DNA of 55,740 bases from Candidatus Thorarchaeota archaeon (GTDB taxonomy: Archaea > Asgardarchaeota > Thorarchaeia > Thorarchaeales > Thorarchaeaceae): the NCBI GenBank assembly GCA_019894665.1, contig JAGXOC010000006.1:1-55740 (forward strand). The letters are read 5' to 3'. Of the stretch, positions 1 through 9,438 are shown piece by piece. Every line of letters starts with the position of its first letter. Position 1 is the first letter of the stretch. The notes beneath the pieces were generated by a model. The model was not told where the DNA came from. It ran no database searches and worked only from the letters and a program-made list of their open reading frames with translations. A program made the translations under genes and the position numbers.

Positions 1-29
1 AGAAAGAGCTCCCCGCAGAATATGCATGG

Positions 30-1232
30 ATGGTAGAATCAATTGTTGAATCTATGTCTGAGGGCAGCATCGTAAAATCGATGTTGAACTGTCGTGAATG
101 TGGAAACTCATTATCAATCAAAACAGTTGAGCTTGACAAGATGAAATACAAACTCAAGTGCAGCTGTCTGAAGGGTCACAGTGTTGATCTCTCACAACCC
201 TATGATTTGGATGAGGAGGCTATCGATGCAATAGTCGGTGGAATTTTGAAATGTAATGACTGTGATTTGGTGACAGATATTATTGACACCAAGGTCAGTG
301 GCAACAATGTTGAAGTAAGGCTCGTTTGCCCTATTCATGGTGACTTCAAGAAAGGAGTGGCTGTCGGTATCTACAAGCATGTTGAGGAACGAGACACACA
401 AATCGACAGGATGCCCTCTACTGAAGAGAGTCTCAAATGTGAGAAGTGTACATCTCCACTGACAGTTCGTGGATCAAAGGTTAGCGATGACATTGTGAGT
501 CTTAAGATGGAATGCAGGAATGGACACGGTGACACCCGACATCTTCACGTTGGTGCTGTGGAACCTGCTATAGAACGCTTCTATCATCAGTTGTACGAAT
601 GTCACAAGTGCCACAATCCCTTGAGTCTATCAAGCATTGCCGATAAGGATGACAAGTCCGAAGCAATTCTCAACTGTGATAATCATGGTGAGACTAAGGT
701 GGAGATCCCAAATGCACACGCAGCGGCAGCTCGCGATGCTTACCTCTCAAGCATGAGCATGGATGACATAGAGCGATTTCTTGAAACCCGATTGCAAACA
801 GAGCGAGCTGCTGAATATCAGATTGATCCAGATGCGGATGTTCAAGAAATGCTAGACATTGTGAACGATGTCATCGAGCAGCAGAGTTTGAAGTTCATTG
901 GTGAAAAAAGTGGAACTAAGAATGGCGAAGAATCATGGTATTATGGTAAGGCTCTAGCAGGTACTGAATACATTGTGATTGGCTCAGTTTCAAAAGAAAA
1001 CCTAACAATGCGTATATCTGTTGCCAGCGATGATGAGAACAAAATGGATATGTTACTTTCAGAAATGCGTGACAATCTTAGAGAGGTTCTACTCAGACTC
1101 CAGGCAAAGACTGGAGATACTGCACCGAAAAAGATTGAATGTGCCCAATGTGGTGCTGCACTTCCAAAACGAGCTCTTCCTGGAGAAAAAGTCATCTGTG
1201 ATCACTGTGGAACTCCTTTACACTGGAGTTGA
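30..1232 (+). CDS. Hypothetical multi-zinc-ribbon repeat protein
   Basis: 400-aa ORF. Four ~55-aa internal repeats each carry CxxC ... C-x2/3-H (LNCRECG..KCSCLKGH; LKCNDCD..VCPIHG; LKCEKCT..ECRNGHG; YECHKCH..NCDNHG). A terminal CxxC-x15-CxxC ribbon follows (CAQCG..CDHCG). The frame stays open back to nt 3, so the true start may lie upstream of the window. Confidence 0.6.
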   Translation: MVESIVESMSEGSIVKSMLNCRECGNSLSIKTVELDKMKYKLKCSCLKGHSVDLSQPYDLDEEAIDAIVGGILKCNDCDLVTDIIDTKVSGNNVEVRLVCPIHGDFKKGVAVGIYKHVEERDTQIDRMPSTEESLKCEKCTSPLTVRGSKVSDDIVSLKMECRNGHGDTRHLHVGAVEPAIERFYHQLYECHKCHNPLSLSSIADKDDKSEAILNCDNHGETKVEIPNAHAAAARDAYLSSMSMDDIERFLETRLQTERAAEYQIDPDADVQEMLDIVNDVIEQQSLKFIGEKSGTKNGEESWYYGKALAGTEYIVIGSVSKENLTMRISVASDDENKMDMLLSEMRDNLREVLLRLQAKTGDTAPKKIECAQCGAALPKRALPGEKVICDHCGTPLHWS

Positions 1233-1234
1233 AT

Positions 1235-1813
1235 CTACAACTCTCCTGTCCATGTAGCCCTTGTGTTATCAGAAACCCCAAGATGTTCTAGAACACGTTC
1301 TACAACTGAGTCCACAAGATTCTCGATAGTCTTCGGTTTTGCCCAGAACGCTGGACAGGCTGGGATGATCATCCCTCCCGCCTCTGTTACCGCTGCCATA
1401 TTCCGAATATGAATAAGATTGTACGGTGATTCCCTCGGGACAAGAATGAGCGGTCGTCTTTCTTTAAGACTGCAATCTGCAGCCCGCGAGATGAGATTGT
1501 CTGCATATCCATGAGCAATTCCTGCAAGTGTCTTCATAGAGCATGGAATAACAACCACTGAATCTAATGGGAATGTTCCACTGGCTGGACCTGCTGCGAG
1601 GTCATGTTCATTATAAACGAAATCTGCCTCTTTGGCGAGGGTTTCTGAGTCAATCCCTGTTTCATACTTGAGGGTTTCTTCACCCCACTTACTGATGATC
1701 AGGTGAACTTCATGACCGTTTGATTTCAAAGCTCTCAGTAGTCTAACTCCGTAAATTGCCCCGCTAGCTCCTGTTAAACAGACAAGGATTCGCTTCTTCA
1801 TGATTGTCACCAA
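1235..1813 (-). CDS. ubiX: Flavin prenyltransferase UbiX (UbiX/Pad1 family)
   Basis: N-terminus MKKRILVCLTGASGAIYGVRLL plus PCSMKTLAGIAHGYADNLISRAADCSLKERRPLILVPRE are typical of UbiX. The likely start is the internal MKKR. Confidence 0.85.
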   Translation of the reverse strand: MVTIMKKRILVCLTGASGAIYGVRLLRALKSNGHEVHLIISKWGEETLKYETGIDSETLAKEADFVYNEHDLAAGPASGTFPLDSVVVIPCSMKTLAGIAHGYADNLISRAADCSLKERRPLILVPRESPYNLIHIRNMAAVTEAGGMIIPACPAFWAKPKTIENLVDSVVERVLEHLGVSDNTRATWTGEL

Positions 1814-1879
1814 AGGTCCAGAATCTCAGAACTAGAACTTATGCATATACCTCTATCGAAAGCTCGTGTACATTGACTC

Positions 1880-3706
1880 TCAGAACAGAAACGCCAGGAG
1901 GATGTATAGGAGAATCGATCCACCGCCAGCCCATATTCCTGCTTTCTTGGCAATACCTGCAGCTTCAGCCACATTCTGTGTAAGAATATCAAATCCTTTC
2001 TCTCCGAAAGTCCTGAGATTACTCGCCTTACCAAATCCCAGACCAACCTTAACCGGCTGAATTCGTTCACGAGCCTTTACTGATGCTGCCGCAATGTGAT
2101 CGAGAGTTTCGTCTGGTTTGTTTCGGCCAACTGGTGGATACCCTCTGCTGGAGAGTGAGATTGCGTTCACAACGTGAGTGTCTGTTGTGATAATCTCAGC
2201 ATCATCAAATCCTTGTGCCTTGAGTAGACTCTGTGCTTGCTCTCTAAATCCTGGTTCCATGTTGTTGCCGTCAATGGAGATTAAAGCCATCTCCCGGTCA
2301 CCAAGAAGAAGAGCTATAGATATCACGCCACCCGGTCCCATTCCCTCTTTTTGACTGATATCGTCTGGAACAATCTGATGCATTCCTAACTGTACTTTGG
2401 TTCTTTCGTTATTGATGGTTGAGAAAACAGCTCCTGAAACTGTGCCAACATATTCACCTGCTTCTGGATCTCCTTGATTCACTGATATCGCACTGTCATC
2501 AATGCAATTATGCGCATCAACAACCGCTACGCCCCGAACCTGAGGTAGTCTTTCACGAATCATGTTTGCAACATCATATCCAACATCTAAGGAAATGTCG
2601 TCTGTGAAATCTGGTGCGCTTGTGCTGATTGTGAGTACGTCATTTCCAACAAACAGACTCCAAATCTTGAACTTTCCACCATCAGACCAGTGAGGTCCGG
2701 AAATGAGCTCATGGACTTCTGTTTCCTCGATGAGTCTGTCTATCTCCGCCAAAACAATCGGATAATCTTCTTTTGTGGTCAGATTTTGCTGATGCGTACA
2801 ACTTCCGTGCATGACAAAAGCTGGTATTCCATGAGTTTCCTGAATGTGTTTGATAATAACCGACGGAAGGTCACTACTTCCAATATCCCTGAAGGGGCCA
2901 GGATGTACATACTGAATCACCCCACATGCGACAGGACCCTCACCATCTCGAAAAATAAGAATCTCAACGGGAATTTCCTGAACAGTCGCGATATTTGTCA
3001 GGATCTTCTCAAGAGGTTCGGGGTTACTGGCCAAATAGTCATGACCAAATGCTCTGAGAAGTTGTGGTCCATTGATTCCAAGGTCTCTTTCAAAGGGCAC
3101 ACTAACAGCTCTGTAGATATAGTGAACAACCAGGGACGCAATAAACAACGAGCTGATGATGGGTATGTACCATAACACTGGTAATAATGGGAGTGCAGCG
3201 TTCATTGGAGCAAGCAGGAGCTCTACTGTAATCCAAAGTAGAGGCGGCATTAGGGCTGCGATGGTGTTCCTTGCAGGATGATGATCACTGAGACCATTCA
3301 CTAGGAATGCAAAAGCCATGTATGCGATTGAAACTCCCAATATCGAAAATCGGATTTCAAACACAGTTGAGGCTGCAACTGCATCTATTATACCTCCAAC
3401 CGTACTCAGGGCAATCCAGAATATCAGTCCAAATTGTACTAGTCCTGCAGTCCTTCGTCCATCTAGAGGCGAGCCTGTTTCAGTGGCTATCAAATAGAGA
3501 AGACCTGAGCCGAGGAACACCGGTGCTCCGAGGATGACCAGATAACAAAGGAATACGTCTAGAAGAAGACCCTTCACTGCACTGAGAATCAGTGAACCTG
3601 TGAGGACCAAGAGGATCATCCTGATAACTATCTGGCGATAGGGTGGAAGTTGCCAAACTTTGGTATACAATCGGACCGTTTCCTTGACCTTTGCCTTCTC
3701 TCCCAA
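1880..3706 (-). CDS. Polytopic membrane protein with a large soluble C-terminal domain (resembles the archaeal DUF2070 family)
   Basis: 608-aa ORF. The N-terminal ~220 aa form multiple hydrophobic helices, followed by a long soluble domain and a C-terminal hydrophobic helix. The DUF2070 assignment is from memory of the architecture and is unverified. Confidence 0.5.
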   Translation of the reverse strand: MGEKAKVKETVRLYTKVWQLPPYRQIVIRMILLVLTGSLILSAVKGLLLDVFLCYLVILGAPVFLGSGLLYLIATETGSPLDGRRTAGLVQFGLIFWIALSTVGGIIDAVAASTVFEIRFSILGVSIAYMAFAFLVNGLSDHHPARNTIAALMPPLLWITVELLLAPMNAALPLLPVLWYIPIISSLFIASLVVHYIYRAVSVPFERDLGINGPQLLRAFGHDYLASNPEPLEKILTNIATVQEIPVEILIFRDGEGPVACGVIQYVHPGPFRDIGSSDLPSVIIKHIQETHGIPAFVMHGSCTHQQNLTTKEDYPIVLAEIDRLIEETEVHELISGPHWSDGGKFKIWSLFVGNDVLTISTSAPDFTDDISLDVGYDVANMIRERLPQVRGVAVVDAHNCIDDSAISVNQGDPEAGEYVGTVSGAVFSTINNERTKVQLGMHQIVPDDISQKEGMGPGGVISIALLLGDREMALISIDGNNMEPGFREQAQSLLKAQGFDDAEIITTDTHVVNAISLSSRGYPPVGRNKPDETLDHIAAASVKARERIQPVKVGLGFGKASNLRTFGEKGFDILTQNVAEAAGIAKKAGIWAGGGSILLYILLAFLF

Positions 3707-3793
3707 GGTTACATCACTCGCTATTTGGCTAAATCGACGCTAGCGGTCTTATCAAACTTCCTCTACTCCTCAGATGTCACATCCGATGACTTT

Positions 3794-3844
3794 ATATCGC
3801 ATTCGATATCGAAAAATATCGTATTCGATAATCGTATCCGATAT
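3794..3844. promoter_or_regulatory. Three tandem 16-bp palindromic operator-like sites upstream of the PadR gene
   Basis: ATATCG-CATT-CGATAT (3794-3809), ATATCG-TATT-CGATAA (3816-3831) and TAATCG-TATC-CGATAT (3829-3844) lie directly 5' of the PadR start and its SD (GGTGA at 3852-3856). Confidence 0.5.
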
Positions 3845-3852
3845 TACTGAAG

Positions 3853-4398
3853 GTGAACATCATGAACGACGAAGCTCAACAAAAAGACTGTGAGCATTTA
3901 GAAATGCCACAATCTGTACCCAGAGGACTTCTTCGTCATATAATTCCACGCCTACTCACATCGCGTGATATGACTGGTACTGAGATTATGCACGCACTAC
4001 ATGATTTGACTGAGGGTGAATGGAATCCCGGTCCTGGAACCATCTATCCTATGCTTTCTTCTATGGAAGAATCTGGCATCATCAAGACTGTCAAAACCGA
4101 AGGACGGAGTAAAACCTACAGTCTTACAGAGGAGGGTCGTGAGCGCATGGTGATGATCATAAAGAAAAAGACAGTGGGTCATAAGACCCGTCTTGGACCT
4201 AGAATATGGGAGAAACTGCTTGGTCCATCAGAACGTGTTCAGTTTCACATTCATGGAACAGACCTTGCCATGGATTCATTGGAGAACATTGCAGACTCCC
4301 TGAAAACAAAGGATCGACAAAAACTACTGAAACATCTCGAGGAGATGAATGATCGAATTTCATCTCTTATTGATACTCTCAAATCTGGAGGAACATAG
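3853..4398 (+). CDS. PadR-family transcriptional regulator
   Basis: Winged-helix signature GTEIMHALHDLTEGEWNPGPGTIYPMLSSMEESGIIK..KTYSLTEEG. The track start at 3853 is GTG; the ATG at 3862 follows the SD GGTGA and is the more likely start. Confidence 0.8.
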   Translation: MNIMNDEAQQKDCEHLEMPQSVPRGLLRHIIPRLLTSRDMTGTEIMHALHDLTEGEWNPGPGTIYPMLSSMEESGIIKTVKTEGRSKTYSLTEEGRERMVMIIKKKTVGHKTRLGPRIWEKLLGPSERVQFHIHGTDLAMDSLENIADSLKTKDRQKLLKHLEEMNDRISSLIDTLKSGGT

Positions 4399-6286
4399 AT
4401 TGTCTAGAAACAACGGTGGGAAGACCATCTCAAAGAGTCCTGCGCGTTACATGCTTAGTGGACTTGCACGAAACAAGGGAGTCACAACATTTGCGTTGAT
4501 TCTCACAGTGATCTCAACACTACTCATAACAATTCCATCAATCATAATTGGAATGGCTGTGGATGAGTTACTCCAGCCTGACGGCGTCACTCCCGAACTT
4601 ACAATCTCCCCATTATTCGTCACTTACGTTTGGATAATAATCGGACTTGCCGTACTCTATATGGGACTCTACTTCCTTGTAGGCTATGTTTGGGCAATCG
4701 TCACACTTCGCTGGGAGCGAGATGCTCGTCAAGACTTCTTTGAAGCACTACAAGATTATAGTATGACATTTCATGATGAGGTAGACAGCAAACGACTCCT
4801 GTCCGTGGCTATGCAAGATATATCATGGATTCGCTTCTCTCTTAATCCAGCACTTCGTAACCTTGCCGGTGCATTCATCTCATTCGGGATTACAATAATA
4901 ATTCTGATTCAGATTGACTTCATGCCATCTCTTCAGAACTTCTTAGTATTGAACCTCGGTGGATTTTCTGTTCCGATCTACGGATTTACAGCAATCATGG
5001 TTATTGGTACTCCACTCTATATGGCATTCTCATACAGATATGCAAATGCAATTGAACCAGTACGTAGGAAACGTTCCGAAGATATGGAACAACTAACTGC
5101 AACCACTCAAGGTGTATTCTCGGGAATTGAAGTAGTTCGAGCATTTGGGAAGGAGGATTACGAGCAGGTCAAATTCCAGGATGTCAGTAAAACATACGAG
5201 AAATCGGTAGCAAAAGAAGGTCGACTAGCAGCTTTCTACATCCCTGCCCTTGTTATGATAGCAATGACTTCAATTGCGTTTCTCTATGCGTCATATGCAG
5301 TCATCAATGATGCGATCGAACCTGGAACTTTAGTCACAATAATGGCACTTCTCATGTCACTTGAAGGTCTGAATTTCATGCTTCCCCGAATGTTACTCAT
5401 GATCAGAGGAGGATATGTCAATGCTCAAAGAATTGTCGACATTCTAAACTGGAAGGAGACTCTGATCGAACCAGAGGAAGAGGTCCCCGAGATAGATTGG
5501 CTAGGTGACATCGTTTTTGAAAATGTCAGTTTCAAATATGGGGCTAATGACAACGATAATGAACACTATGCGCTGAAAGACTTCAATATCACGATACCTG
5601 GTGGTTCTCGAGTTGCTCTTATTGGAGGTCCAGGTGGCGGGAAGAGTTCAATACTGAAATTGCTTCTTCGACTTTACGATCCAACTGAGGGCACAATACG
5701 AGTGGGCAACGTAGACCTCAGAGATGTAAATACTGAAACTGTCCGAAATGTTGTTGGTCTTGTAGAACAGGACATTTTCTTATTTCGGATGAGTGTTCGA
5801 GACAATATCGCCTTTGGTCGGCACGATGCGACTCATGAGGAAATTGTTGAAGCTGCAACCCGCGCTCAGGCTGATGAATTCATAATTGAACTTCCGGAAG
5901 GATATGATTCAATGATTGGTGAGAGAGGAATGACTCTCTCTGGTGGACAAAGACAACGCCTTGCAATTGCTAGAGCTATTATTCAAGATCCAAAGATTCT
6001 CCTCTTGGACGACTCAGTAAGTGCAGTTGATGCCCAAACAGAGTTTCTCATGAGAAAGGCTTTGGAAGAAGTAATGGTCAATCGTACTAGTATCACTGTC
6101 ACTCAACGTCTCCGTACCCTTATCGAATCGGATCTTGTCATTATAGTCGACAAAGGGCAGATTATCGCTGCCGGCTGTCATGAAGACTTGCTTCGTGACT
6201 CAGATCACTACAGGAAGATATTCGAACGACTTCCTGGAGCGCAGTCAATTCTTGCAGCAGCTTCTGCTCGAGGAGGTGGTGCATAA
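4349..6286 (+). CDS. ABC exporter, fused permease/ATPase subunit (type I exporter, MsbA/MdlB-like), subunit 1
   Basis: Six-helix TMD followed by an NBD with Walker A GGPGGGKSS, signature LSGGQRQR and Walker B ILLLDDSVSAVD. The track start overlaps the PadR 3' end; a TTG at 4401 just after the PadR stop is an alternative start. Confidence 0.85.
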   Translation: MIEFHLLLILSNLEEHRLSRNNGGKTISKSPARYMLSGLARNKGVTTFALILTVISTLLITIPSIIIGMAVDELLQPDGVTPELTISPLFVTYVWIIIGLAVLYMGLYFLVGYVWAIVTLRWERDARQDFFEALQDYSMTFHDEVDSKRLLSVAMQDISWIRFSLNPALRNLAGAFISFGITIIILIQIDFMPSLQNFLVLNLGGFSVPIYGFTAIMVIGTPLYMAFSYRYANAIEPVRRKRSEDMEQLTATTQGVFSGIEVVRAFGKEDYEQVKFQDVSKTYEKSVAKEGRLAAFYIPALVMIAMTSIAFLYASYAVINDAIEPGTLVTIMALLMSLEGLNFMLPRMLLMIRGGYVNAQRIVDILNWKETLIEPEEEVPEIDWLGDIVFENVSFKYGANDNDNEHYALKDFNITIPGGSRVALIGGPGGGKSSILKLLLRLYDPTEGTIRVGNVDLRDVNTETVRNVVGLVEQDIFLFRMSVRDNIAFGRHDATHEEIVEAATRAQADEFIIELPEGYDSMIGERGMTLSGGQRQRLAIARAIIQDPKILLLDDSVSAVDAQTEFLMRKALEEVMVNRTSITVTQRLRTLIESDLVIIVDKGQIIAAGCHEDLLRDSDHYRKIFERLPGAQSILAAASARGGGA

Positions 6287-8559
6287 TGGCTATGCACGGT
6301 AGACGAGGCCCAACTGCAATGGCTGGTCAGAGACCGAAACGAAGTCGCCCAATCAGAGTCTTACTTGGTAGGATGGTACATTACCTAGGACGATTCAAAC
6401 GTATAGTCGCTATAGGTGCTGTTCTATCTCTTGGTGCAACAATTGTTGCGCTCTTTGACCCCCTGGTGCTAAAATTCGCGATCGATGAAATTCTGGTGAT
6501 AAATCCATTAATTGCAACCGTATTCTTCTTGACCACACTCTATGTGATCTTTAAGGTGACCTCTTGGATACTTAGTAGCATCAACATATGGATTCTAGCA
6601 GGTGCCCAAGCAGGATTTGTTCAGAACATCCAAGAAGATCTCTACATTAAACTACTGGGAGCTGACCTATCCTATCACAAGGGAGAACAGAGTGGAAATG
6701 TAACATCACGAGTAACATCCGATACTGTTGAACTGGGAACCGGAGTTCAAGTGATAATCGACTTCTCAAGTCAAGTGTTAATGTTGGTGTCAACTTTTCT
6801 CCTGCTACTGTGGATTGGTCCCTCCATCGCGTTGACAATACTCGTGATTCTGCCGGGCGTGGCTTTTATAGCAATCCTCTTTGGAACTGTTGGTCAAAGG
6901 ATCATGCTTGCTTCACGAAGAGCATCAGGTGCTGTTTCAGGACAAATAGCTGAAAACCTTAGTGGCATTCATGTTGCCAAGGCGTTCAACCGAGAAAAAG
7001 AACTTGCAGAAGATATGATGGAGTTGAATCAGAAATCTTACCATCATGGCTTTAGATTTATGATTTTGATGAGCGCAATGCAACCACTTGTACGCACAAT
7101 TGGTCAGCTTGCACTTGCGACAATGCTCTTCGTTGCAGGTGGTCTAGCTGTTGGTACCCTGCCCGTACTCACTATTAGTGATTTATTCCTTGGAATTATT
7201 CTGATCAATAGGTTTCTGTGGCCATTGCTGTCACTCACTATGATGTCCACTCAAGTTCAGTCCTCAATGGCTGCAATGGACCGTGTTATGGATGTTCTTG
7301 AATCTAAACCCGCTATTGCAGATGCTGATGACGCAATGCCCCTTGAGGATGAGAGTGATGGTATCCACTTCCAAGATGTGACGTTCGAATATGTGGAAGA
7401 CACACCTGTATTGAACGGTGTGAACTTTTCAATTGAACCGGGTGAAATGGTTGCTATTGTTGGCCACACCGGCGCTGGCAAGACGACTATCGCTGCGTTG
7501 GTCAATCGGTTTTACGACCCCAAAGAGGGTGGAATATTCATAGGCAGACAGGACATTCGACAAGTCACTCAGCAATCATTACACGATTCGATGTCTTTGA
7601 TACCTCAGGAACCCTATCTCTTTGATGACAGTATCTTTGAGAACATTCGTTATGGTCGTCCTGAAGCAACTGACGAAGAGATCTATGAAATCTGTAAGAT
7701 AATCGGTGCGAATGAGTTCATTGAAGTTCTTGCTGATGGATACGATACGAAGAGTATTGAAAGTGGTAAGAACCTGAGTGCAGGTCAACGTCAGATGATA
7801 ACGATTGCACGAACAATGCTAGCTGATCCGAAGATTCTCATCTTGGATGAAGCAACAAGCAGGTTAGACGCCTACAGTGAGTCGTTGGTTCAGGATGCAC
7901 AAGAACGGTTGTTCTCGAACAGGACCACTATCGTCATCGCGCATCGACTGACAACCATTGCAAATGCTTCCCGGGTCTTTGTGTTTGACCATGGAAACCT
8001 AGTAGAGAACGGTACACATGAGGAACTACTTGCTTTGAATGGTGTATTCAAGTCACTCTACGACACCTACTACGCACACCAAGGAATCGATGAGATCACA
8101 GAAGAGGTTGCAGAGGTAGCCAAGTCTGAGGTCGAAAAACATGGTGGAGAACCTCCAGCCCCCTCTGGTTCAGGAATGATGATGGGAATGGGTGGAGGCA
8201 TGGGCGCAGGAATGGGTCATGGTGGAATGGGCGGCGGCATGGGTGGAATGAGACCTTCTCCTGAGATGATTGAGAAGATGAAGGAACAGTACAAATCTGA
8301 TCCTGATTCAATTCCGCCACCAATGCGTGAGATGTTTGAGAAAATGATTGAGGCAGAAGAAATGACTGATGAAAAGAAAGAAGAAGTAGGAAAACGAGAA
8401 ATGAGTGGTCATGGTGGACCAATTGGATCGGGAAGACCTACTCCCGAGATGATTGAGAAGATGAAAGAGCAGTACAAGACTGATCCAGACTCATTGCCGC
8501 CTAATGCCCGTGAAATGATTGCAAGAAGAATCGCAGAAGATGAAAAGTCTGAAGACTGA
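6286..8559 (+). CDS. ABC exporter, fused permease/ATPase subunit 2, with ~160-aa C-terminal Gly-Met-rich repeat tail
   Basis: Start overlaps the upstream stop (TAATG). The NBD has Walker A GHTGAGKTT, signature LSAGQRQ and Walker B ILILDEATSRLD. After ..LYDTYYAHQG comes a non-ABC tail (see finding). Confidence 0.85.
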   Translation: MAMHGRRGPTAMAGQRPKRSRPIRVLLGRMVHYLGRFKRIVAIGAVLSLGATIVALFDPLVLKFAIDEILVINPLIATVFFLTTLYVIFKVTSWILSSINIWILAGAQAGFVQNIQEDLYIKLLGADLSYHKGEQSGNVTSRVTSDTVELGTGVQVIIDFSSQVLMLVSTFLLLLWIGPSIALTILVILPGVAFIAILFGTVGQRIMLASRRASGAVSGQIAENLSGIHVAKAFNREKELAEDMMELNQKSYHHGFRFMILMSAMQPLVRTIGQLALATMLFVAGGLAVGTLPVLTISDLFLGIILINRFLWPLLSLTMMSTQVQSSMAAMDRVMDVLESKPAIADADDAMPLEDESDGIHFQDVTFEYVEDTPVLNGVNFSIEPGEMVAIVGHTGAGKTTIAALVNRFYDPKEGGIFIGRQDIRQVTQQSLHDSMSLIPQEPYLFDDSIFENIRYGRPEATDEEIYEICKIIGANEFIEVLADGYDTKSIESGKNLSAGQRQMITIARTMLADPKILILDEATSRLDAYSESLVQDAQERLFSNRTTIVIAHRLTTIANASRVFVFDHGNLVENGTHEELLALNGVFKSLYDTYYAHQGIDEITEEVAEVAKSEVEKHGGEPPAPSGSGMMMGMGGGMGAGMGHGGMGGGMGGMRPSPEMIEKMKEQYKSDPDSIPPPMREMFEKMIEAEEMTDEKKEEVGKREMSGHGGPIGSGRPTPEMIEKMKEQYKTDPDSLPPNAREMIARRIAEDEKSED

Positions 8560-8562
8560 TTG

Positions 8563-9399
8563 TTAATCGGCCTCTTCCTCTTCTTCAATCACAAAGACAT
8601 CGTCTAGTCCACTCGCGGCCGCAAGGGATGCTCCTACAAGGATATAACCTTCAATGGCTGTGACGTAGTCAAAAGGTGAGCCTGGGCAGTAGTTGACAAA
8701 TCCCCAGAATAAGCTTCTGATTAGAAGCAAGAGTATACCAAAGAACATCAGAATCAATGGTCTGGCAATGAGCCCTCCTCTCAGGATCCATACAATGCCG
8801 CCAAGGATACACAATGTTATTCCAAGTCCGATAATCATGGGTACAGATACGAATGTAATGAGCAGGCTCTGAGCAGGATGAATCAGAGTCATGATCACCA
8901 CAAGAAATAGACTAGCCAACGCGGTGATGATAATTATAATGGAACTCATTTTATTACCGTTAAAGACTCCCAGAACAGAGTTCGATGATCTAAGATATCC
9001 AACGACACCTAATCCCCAAAGTAATAGTGCTGGCATCTGGACCAGCCCCACTGTAAAGTAGATATCACTTGAACTCCCAGTGATTCGTAATAGGACTCCA
9101 GCAATCTCTGAAAGGCTGAAGACCAGTAATCCAAGTGCCATCCAGACATTCATTGCGTGGAAACGGTCTTCTTTAACTAAAGACTCTCTTCCGAAGAAAT
9201 TCAGTCCTATAATTCCTAAAAGCAGTGCTATAACTGGACTAAGAGCAGCAGTCAATGTCGTGAGAAATGAAACCATTCCCATGAAGTATAATATTTCAGC
9301 AGCAATCAGAATTGCCAATCCAGTGAAAATGATAGAGGCTGCATATTTCCATCCAGATTGTGACACTATGGTTCTTGCTCCTAGCACTCCGCTATTCAT
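8563..9399 (-). CDS. Hypothetical polytopic membrane protein
   Basis: 278-aa ORF with ~8 hydrophobic segments and an acidic C-terminus (EEEEEAD). No family recognised. Confidence 0.55.
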   Translation of the reverse strand: MNSGVLGARTIVSQSGWKYAASIIFTGLAILIAAEILYFMGMVSFLTTLTAALSPVIALLLGIIGLNFFGRESLVKEDRFHAMNVWMALGLLVFSLSEIAGVLLRITGSSSDIYFTVGLVQMPALLLWGLGVVGYLRSSNSVLGVFNGNKMSSIIIIITALASLFLVVIMTLIHPAQSLLITFVSVPMIIGLGITLCILGGIVWILRGGLIARPLILMFFGILLLLIRSLFWGFVNYCPGSPFDYVTAIEGYILVGASLAAASGLDDVFVIEEEEEAD

Positions 9400-9438
9400 G
9401 GGTTCTAAAATCCAGTTTTGTATGTTGTGTTGACGTAA

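Noticed and set aside
1807-2070. Small ORFs (1807..2070 -, 1866..2060 +) at the junction of the DUF2070-like and ubiX genes.
   Set aside because: They overlap the 3' end of the 608-aa membrane-protein ORF in other frames, show no motifs, and are not needed to explain the region.
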